NCBI GenBank assembly: GCA_965140445.1
Contig: OZ223236.1
Coordinates: forward strand, 2,976,001 to 3,040,000
Direction: 5' to 3'
Origin: Candidatus Ozemobacteraceae bacterium
GTDB taxonomy: Bacteria; Muiribacteriota; Ozemobacteria; Ozemobacterales; Ozemobacteraceae
DNA length: 64,000 bases
Shown here: piece after piece, positions 57,977 to 64,000 of the stretch
Layout: each line of letters begins with the position of its first letter
Position numbering within the stretch: the stretch's first letter is position 1
The notes under the pieces: model-generated
What the model was told of the DNA's origin: nothing
Seen by the model: the letters and a program-made list of their open reading frames with translations, nothing else
Databases searched by the model: none
Made by a program: the position numbers and the translations under genes

Positions 57977-60169
57977 ATGAAACAAGGTCGCGAATTGCAG
58001 TTAATAGAAAATCGCCAGGGAAATATAGTTCCATTTAACCCGGAAAAAATTAGAGCAGCTATGGAAAAAGCTGGAAAAGCTACCGGGGAATTTGGAATGG
58101 TTGAATCAGTTAGAATGGCAAGTCAGGTAATAAACATACTTGCACATCGGCATCAATCAGGCACTCCATCAGTGGAAGAAGTCCAGGATGCAGTAGAACA
58201 CATTCTCATCGCTAACAATTATTTTATAACCAACCGTTCATACATTGTGTATCGCGAACAGCACAAACAAATGCGCGAAGGTAGAAAATCAATTGTGGAT
58301 AGCATTAGTTCGATTAATGAATATCTAGGCCATCTTGATTGGCGAGTAAATGCTAATGCTAATCAGGGATATTCTCTTGGTGGCTTAATCTTAAACGTTG
58401 CTGGTAAAGTTACTGCAAATTATTGGCTCTCTCATGTCTACACCCCGGAAATTGGCGAAGCTCATCGTGACGGCTTCATGCACATTCATGATTTAGATAT
58501 GCTATCAGGATATTGTGCTGGATGGTCCCTAAAAACACTTTTACAAGAAGGCTTTAACGGTGTTCCCGGTAAGGTTGAAGCTGCAGCTCCAAAGCATTTT
58601 TCAAGTGCATTAGGTCAGATGGTGAACTTCCTTGGTACTTTACAGAATGAATGGGCAGGTGCACAGGCTTTCTCTTCTTTCGATACTTATTTAGCGCCTT
58701 TCATCAGATTAGACAATCTTGATTACGACGAAGTTGTTCAGGGAATTCAGGAATTTGTTTACAATCTTAACGTGCCTTCAAGATGGGGAACCCAAACTCC
58801 ATTTACAAATTTAACCTTAGATTGGAACTGTCCAGAAGATCTTAGAGATCAAAGACCTTTAATCGGTGGGAAAAATGTTGATTTTACATATGGTGAACTT
58901 CAACCAGAAATGGATTTGATCAATAAGGCTTTTATTGAAGTAATGTGTCATGGCGATTGCAAGGGTAGGGCTTTTACTTTCCCGATCCCAACTTATAACA
59001 TTACCAAAGACTTTGACTGGGAACATCCAAATTGTAATGCCTTGTTTGAAATGACTGCTAAATACGGTCTTCCATATTTCCAGAATTTCATTAATTCTGA
59101 CCTTGAGCCAAAAATGGTTCGATCAATGTGCTGCAGACTTCAGCTTGATTTGCGTGAACTACTTAAAAGAGGGAACGGCTTATTTGGCTCAGCAGAGCAG
59201 ACTGGTTCAATCGGTGTTGTTACCGTAAACCTGGCGAGACTCGGATATGTATACAAAGGAAATTATGAAGGCTTAACAATCAAACTTGATGAACTCCTCG
59301 GACTTGCCAAGAAGAGTCTTGAAATCAAAAGAAAAGTTATTGAAGCCAGAATTGATAGCGGTCTATTTCCTTATACCAAGAGATATCTCGGAACTCTTAG
59401 AAATCATTTCTCCACTATTGGTGTGAATGGAATGAATGAGTTAATCAGAAACTATTCTGATGGCGAATATGATATTACCTCCAAAGAAGGCCTTGAACTT
59501 GCAGAAAAAATAATGGACTTCATTAGAGAGAAGATAGTTGCTTATCAGGTAGAAACTGGCCATCTTTACAATCTTGAAGCTACTCCAGCTGAAGGCGCAA
59601 CTCATAGATTTGCAAGAGAAGATAGAAAACGATTCCCTGAAATCCTTCAGGCCGGACCTATTAACGCTGCATATTATACAAATTCAACCCAACTTCCAGT
59701 TGATTATGATGGGGATTTATTTGATATAATGCGCCATCAGGAAAAATTGCAAAATAAATACACTGGTGGAACTGTTTTGCACCTTTATCTCGGTGAAAGA
59801 ATCCCAGATGCAGAGTCATGTAAAAGATTGGTTCAGAAGTCTCTAACTCAATTCAGACTTCCTTATATTACAGTTACACCTACATTTAGCGTTTGTCCAA
59901 ATCACGGATATGTTTCTGGAGAACATAATTTCTGCCCGTCATGTGATGATATAGAAGCAAGAAAGATTCTTGCGGTTGCAAGTGAAAACGGTGAAAAACT
60001 GGCTTTGGAAAATGTTGAAATTCCAGAAGATAGAAGAACAAATTGCGAAGTATGGACAAGGGTAATGGGTTATTTCAGACCTGTATCACAGTTTAATGCT
60101 GGCAAGAAGAGTGAATACGCTGACAGAACGCTTTTGAAGTCTCAGGAAGTAGTTAGAGAAGTAATCTAA
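57977..60169 (+). CDS. nrdD: Anaerobic (class III) ribonucleoside-triphosphate reductase with ATP cone
   Basis: N-terminal ATP cone; SMCCRL; glycyl radical motif RVMGYFRP; CPNH...CPSC. Confidence 0.97.
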   Translation: MKQGRELQLIENRQGNIVPFNPEKIRAAMEKAGKATGEFGMVESVRMASQVINILAHRHQSGTPSVEEVQDAVEHILIANNYFITNRSYIVYREQHKQMREGRKSIVDSISSINEYLGHLDWRVNANANQGYSLGGLILNVAGKVTANYWLSHVYTPEIGEAHRDGFMHIHDLDMLSGYCAGWSLKTLLQEGFNGVPGKVEAAAPKHFSSALGQMVNFLGTLQNEWAGAQAFSSFDTYLAPFIRLDNLDYDEVVQGIQEFVYNLNVPSRWGTQTPFTNLTLDWNCPEDLRDQRPLIGGKNVDFTYGELQPEMDLINKAFIEVMCHGDCKGRAFTFPIPTYNITKDFDWEHPNCNALFEMTAKYGLPYFQNFINSDLEPKMVRSMCCRLQLDLRELLKRGNGLFGSAEQTGSIGVVTVNLARLGYVYKGNYEGLTIKLDELLGLAKKSLEIKRKVIEARIDSGLFPYTKRYLGTLRNHFSTIGVNGMNELIRNYSDGEYDITSKEGLELAEKIMDFIREKIVAYQVETGHLYNLEATPAEGATHRFAREDRKRFPEILQAGPINAAYYTNSTQLPVDYDGDLFDIMRHQEKLQNKYTGGTVLHLYLGERIPDAESCKRLVQKSLTQFRLPYITVTPTFSVCPNHGYVSGEHNFCPSCDDIEARKILAVASENGEKLALENVEIPEDRRTNCEVWTRVMGYFRPVSQFNAGKKSEYADRTLLKSQEVVREVI

Positions 60170-60174
60170 TTAAT

Positions 60175-60933
60175 ATGTTGAAAATAAACCATAAAGTTAT
60201 GGTTGGGGGCTTAGAGCCCCTAACCTTGATTGATTATCCAGGAAAAATTGCTTCCGTTTTATTTCTTCAAGGCTGTAATCTGCGTTGTAGATTTTGTTAT
60301 AATCGATCTCTTCTTGATTTTTCCAATGAAAGTTCGAGAATGGGATGGGAATCAGTTATTAATTTCCTTAAGGACAGGCAAGGATTTATTGAAGGAGTTG
60401 TTTTTAGCGGAGGTGAGCCTTGTTTACAAAATTCTCTTCCAGAATCTATACAGGAAGTTAAAGAATTAGGATTTTCCATCGCTTTGCACACCAATGGGTT
60501 CTATCCTGAAATGGTAAAATGCCTTATTGAAGATCAGCTGATTGATTTTGTAGCTATTGATTACAAAGCAAACCCAAAAAGATTTGAAGAAGTTGCAGGA
60601 ATAAATGCAGAATGGGAAAAATTTCTGGAAACTGCTAAACTTGTTATTGAATCAGGAATAGACTACGAATTCAGAACTACTGTTCATCCAGATTTACTTT
60701 CTGATAGCGATATTTCTGAAATTGCTGACTCACTTCATAGCTTAAATGCAAAACGATTTGTACTTCAAAAATATAAGCATGGAAATGCTTTTGATGAAAC
60801 TTTACGTGATTTTACAGGTCCATGGATTAAAGACTCCACGCTTTTACGTCTCAGAGAAAAATTTGAAGAATTCTCGGTAAGAGGGGATCAATCAAAAGAA
60901 AAGTCTTATGGGGAAAAAGTAAAAACGGCTTAA
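60175..60933 (+). CDS. nrdG: Anaerobic RNR activating radical SAM protein
   Basis: IDYPG, GCNLRCRFCYN, SGGEP; follows nrdD. Confidence 0.95.
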   Translation: MLKINHKVMVGGLEPLTLIDYPGKIASVLFLQGCNLRCRFCYNRSLLDFSNESSRMGWESVINFLKDRQGFIEGVVFSGGEPCLQNSLPESIQEVKELGFSIALHTNGFYPEMVKCLIEDQLIDFVAIDYKANPKRFEEVAGINAEWEKFLETAKLVIESGIDYEFRTTVHPDLLSDSDISEIADSLHSLNAKRFVLQKYKHGNAFDETLRDFTGPWIKDSTLLRLREKFEEFSVRGDQSKEKSYGEKVKTA

Positions 60934-60936
60934 GAT

Positions 60937-62043
60937 TTAAACTAAGTCCGCAGATCCTATGCGATTCTGCGGGCTTTTATTTTTTAGGAGACTTTTGTAG
61001 AGTTGAATGTGCATATAAATTTCTTTGGAGGGGTTATTGCTGGTTTTTACACAGTCATAAGCCCTTTTACCCATGAGCTTGAACCTTTCAGGTTCCTGCA
61101 ATACAGAACGTAATTTAAGAATAAAATCGTCTCCATCATGAATTCGCTTATAACTGGCTGGAGCGGGGGAAGTAAAATATAATAATCCCGTGCCTGAATC
61201 GGGAAAGTTTGACTCGTTTCTTATAAAAGCATGATTGCCTGGTATATCTGAAGCCACAATTGGAAGGCCTGCCATCATTGCGTCCAGTAAAAACGGGTTA
61301 TAGCCTTCTACATGAGAAACATTTACAAAAGCACTTGCTATTTTATAAAGAAAAATAGTCATTTCAGGTTCTGGGCGCTCAAGGATTCTTACCCATGGTC
61401 TGTTAGATATCTCCGAAAATATTTGTTGTTTAGTTTGTTCATCAAAGGGGTCGCCTAAAATACCCAGTCTTATATTTGGAAAGTCTTTAAGGATTTTTTC
61501 AATTTGATGAATTGCAAAAAGCGTGTTTTTTAGCGGTAACAAGCCGCCGTCAATGAGAATTACCTGATCGTCTTGCTCGTAACCAAAATGGCTTTTGGGG
61601 AACTCCATTTCACTAAAGGGCGGCAATACCCCAGGTGTTATCACTTCAAAGGAGGCCGAAGTTTGAAAGCGAGCTTGAATAAACTTTGCCATCTGAGAGA
61701 ATGGTATGATTATTTTTCCTGCATTTTCCAGGACCGCTTGAATTTGAACCTTTAACCCTGGATTTAAAAGATCTATAAATACGTCTGGTCCTACGCAACT
61801 AACTACAAGAGGGAGTCTTGAAGACTCTGCCAATTTTAAACATGGAATTCCGGCTTTAGCCAGATTAAAAGCATGAATGAGCGAGGGGGTTCCTTTTAAA
61901 GCTTCAAAAGGATATGGGTCGTCAGTTGTAAAATCCCTTGTGTGACACGGAACATTTGCAAGAGATTGAATTAATCTTTTGGTTATTATAGTTTCCTCAA
62001 GGTTTGCCTGATCTCCAGATGGAATTCCAAAATAAATATTCAA
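60937..62043 (-). CDS. Glycosyltransferase family 4 (GT-B)
   Basis: KN, SHVEGY..LLDAMMAGLPIVASDIPG. Confidence 0.85.
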   Translation of the reverse strand: MNIYFGIPSGDQANLEETIITKRLIQSLANVPCHTRDFTTDDPYPFEALKGTPSLIHAFNLAKAGIPCLKLAESSRLPLVVSCVGPDVFIDLLNPGLKVQIQAVLENAGKIIIPFSQMAKFIQARFQTSASFEVITPGVLPPFSEMEFPKSHFGYEQDDQVILIDGGLLPLKNTLFAIHQIEKILKDFPNIRLGILGDPFDEQTKQQIFSEISNRPWVRILERPEPEMTIFLYKIASAFVNVSHVEGYNPFLLDAMMAGLPIVASDIPGNHAFIRNESNFPDSGTGLLYFTSPAPASYKRIHDGDDFILKLRSVLQEPERFKLMGKRAYDCVKTSNNPSKEIYMHIQLYKSLLKNKSPQNRIGSADLV

Positions 62044-62160
62044 AATTTAATCCTGTTTAATGTGGTTTCTTGACTTTGTTATTGGCGAGCTTTATACATA
62101 TTTAAATGATAGCAGTTTATGTTGCAATTGAAAATCCCCGTATATAATGGAAGGAAAAAT

Positions 62161-63495
62161 ATGGAAATCAGTGCTCAGGATTTTATTATCCAAACCCTCG
62201 GAACACCAAATTTTGATTCCCCGCTTAAATTATCAAAAATTGATGGAGATTATTTAACAAACTACGTTCCAGATGATGAAAGGGTTATTTATCATAATTC
62301 CATAAAAAAAATCCAGGAAGAAATTAAAAGCGGTGAAGAACCACTTTCTTTTGAAAAGGCTGGACCAAGAGAAAAAACCTTTTTCGAACCTTGCAGAACC
62401 AGAGCAGCTATTGTTACTTGCGGTGGTCTTTGCCCAGGAATTAACGATGTTATTCGTGGTTTGGTTATGCAACTTCACCATTGGTATGGGGTAAAAAATA
62501 TTTATGGTTTTCGTTATGGCTATCTGGGAATGATTAAGGAAGCAGGATTACAGCCCCTTGTTCTGGATCCTGAAATGGTTACAGATATCCATGAGAAGGG
62601 CGGATCTATACTTGGATCTTCCAGAGGCCCCCAAAACGTAAGTGAAATGGTAGACCGACTTATGGACTATAACATCAATATTCTATTTTGCATTGGTGGC
62701 GATGGAACACTGAGAGGTGCAAAAGAAATCACTGACGAAATAACCAAACGTGGCCTTGCGATTTCTGTTATTGGAATACCAAAAACAATTGATAATGATA
62801 TTGGATACATTGAACAAACTTTCGGCTTTGAAACAGCATTTTCACACGCTGTTGAATCAATTAAAACTGCTCATGTTGAGGCACGCGGATACCAAAATTG
62901 TGTTGGTCTCGTAAAATTAATGGGAAGGCAATCTGGTTATATTGCTGCTAATGCGTCTATTGCCTCTCAAGATGTTAATTTTTGTCTGATTCCAGAAATT
63001 CCGATTGATTTGGAAGGCGAAAATGGTTTTTACAAACATTTGCTGGAAAGAGTTAAAAGGAAAAGTCACGCTGTAGTTGTTGTTGCGGAAGGTGTCGGCG
63101 AAGTTTTCTGCGCAAAAAATGAAAGAGATGAATCGGGCAATAGCAAATTTGGTGATATTGGAATTCATCTTCGAGAGGGAATAAAAAAATACTTTAAGGA
63201 AGCTAATGTTCCAATAGGTGTTAAATATATCGACCCTAGTTACATTATCAGAAGCTCAAATGCCATACCTTCAGACAGCATTTACTGTAATCAGTTGGCT
63301 CAGCATGCGGTTCACGCCGGAATGGCTGGTAAAACCGGTATGGTAGTAGGTATCTGGAACAATAGATTTACTCATGTGCCAATTGAAATGGCAGTTAAGA
63401 ATAGAAAGTTTATTGATCCTGAAAGTATGTTTTGGCTGAACGTTCTTGAATCCACTGGACAACCAAGATGGATGCAGAACAAGCCCAGGGTTTAA
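62161..63495 (+). CDS. pfkA: 6-phosphofructokinase, probably ATP-dependent (GGDG plus PKTIDND)
   Basis: TCGGLCPG, GSSRG, GGDGT, PKTIDND, MGR, YIDPSYIIRS; GGAAGGA RBS before ATG 62161. Confidence 0.93.
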   Translation: MEISAQDFIIQTLGTPNFDSPLKLSKIDGDYLTNYVPDDERVIYHNSIKKIQEEIKSGEEPLSFEKAGPREKTFFEPCRTRAAIVTCGGLCPGINDVIRGLVMQLHHWYGVKNIYGFRYGYLGMIKEAGLQPLVLDPEMVTDIHEKGGSILGSSRGPQNVSEMVDRLMDYNINILFCIGGDGTLRGAKEITDEITKRGLAISVIGIPKTIDNDIGYIEQTFGFETAFSHAVESIKTAHVEARGYQNCVGLVKLMGRQSGYIAANASIASQDVNFCLIPEIPIDLEGENGFYKHLLERVKRKSHAVVVVAEGVGEVFCAKNERDESGNSKFGDIGIHLREGIKKYFKEANVPIGVKYIDPSYIIRSSNAIPSDSIYCNQLAQHAVHAGMAGKTGMVVGIWNNRFTHVPIEMAVKNRKFIDPESMFWLNVLESTGQPRWMQNKPRV

Positions 63496-63500
63496 AAAAT

Positions 63501-63534
63501 AAAAGGCTATCTGAAACATTCAGATAGCCTTTTT
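63501..63534. terminator. Bidirectional Rho-independent terminator
   Basis: AAAAGGCTATCTGAA-ACA-TTCAGATAGCCTTTTT between convergent genes. Confidence 0.9.
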
Positions 63535-63535
63535 C

Positions 63536-64000
63536 TTATATTTTCAAAAGCTCAATCGCTTTACTATGTAAAATCATATTTGAGGCTAAAAGATCCTCTG
63601 AATCTAATTCCATTTCATCGCCATTAATCTTGGAAATTTTTCCGCCAGCCTCTGTAACAATAAGTCTTCCTGCTGCGACATCCCATGGTTTTAAGTTGGT
63701 TTCCCAATAAATCGAAAATACTCCTTCAGCTATTTTGCACAGATCTAATGCAGCAGATCCAAATCTGCGAACGCCCTGCACGTTCATTAGCATCGCTTTT
63801 AAGCGCTGTAACAACAAATCCATGCATTCTCTACGATTATATGGAAATCCAGTAACTGCAAGGCAGTCATTTAAAACTTCTACTGTATTTACTGATAGTC
63901 TTTCACCATTTCTAAATGAACCTTCACCAAGAGTTGCAGTGTACAATTCTTTTGAAACGGGCTTATAAACAGATCCTGACTTAGAAACTCCCATTTCGCA
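63536..64000 (-). CDS. suhB: Inositol monophosphatase family protein (partial, 5' end outside window)
   Basis: TGFPY, RRFGSAALDLC, WDVAAG. Confidence 0.9.
   Translation of the reverse strand, partial: CEMGVSKSGSVYKPVSKELYTATLGEGSFRNGERLSVNTVEVLNDCLAVTGFPYNRRECMDLLLQRLKAMLMNVQGVRRFGSAALDLCKIAEGVFSIYWETNLKPWDVAAGRLIVTEAGGKISKINGDEMELDSEDLLASNMILHSKAIELLKI

Noticed and set aside
303..63968. Many short ORFs in the track overlapping longer genes (e.g. 303-563, 945-1184, 16895-17554, 18775-19230, 37604-38311, 46938-47309)
   Set aside because: Antisense or off-frame shadows of well-supported genes with no recognisable motifs
1..64000. CRISPR array, tRNA, rRNA, IS elements
   Set aside because: No regularly spaced repeats, cloverleaf or rRNA-like sequence, or transposase ORFs seen by eye; intergenic spaces are short

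Overview
AT-rich bacterial chromosomal segment; gene style (GC-GGGG lipoproteins, large 4-TM HAMP class III cyclases, Cys/His pilin-like proteins) suggests Candidatus Riflebacteria or a relative (inference only). Layout: two surface lipoproteins (1-3.7 kb); an accessory patch of small mixed-orientation genes (hicB plus hicA remnant, methyltransferases, GNATs, NUDIX, ankyrin, TspO, MFS, haem-c PP2C; 4-18.6 kb); a minus-strand operon of two membrane class III nucleotidyl cyclases, a gamma-glutamyltransferase and a secretin-N-like protein; a dnaE operon; a GDP-mannose pyrophosphorylase/PMM-like fusion; a sensor kinase; a compact T2SS/ComG-like pilus cluster; a cNMP-binding/CpaE-like/TPR fusion; comEA and an MBL-only comEC-like gene; nrdDG; a GT4; pfk; partial suhB. 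No rRNA, tRNA, CRISPR array or transposase was seen. Best candidate for an undescribed system: the two cyclases carry reciprocal halves of the catalytic residue set (like mammalian C1/C2), suggesting an obligate heterodimeric bacterial adenylate cyclase, with a possible cAMP-sensing pilus-regulator ATPase elsewhere in the window.
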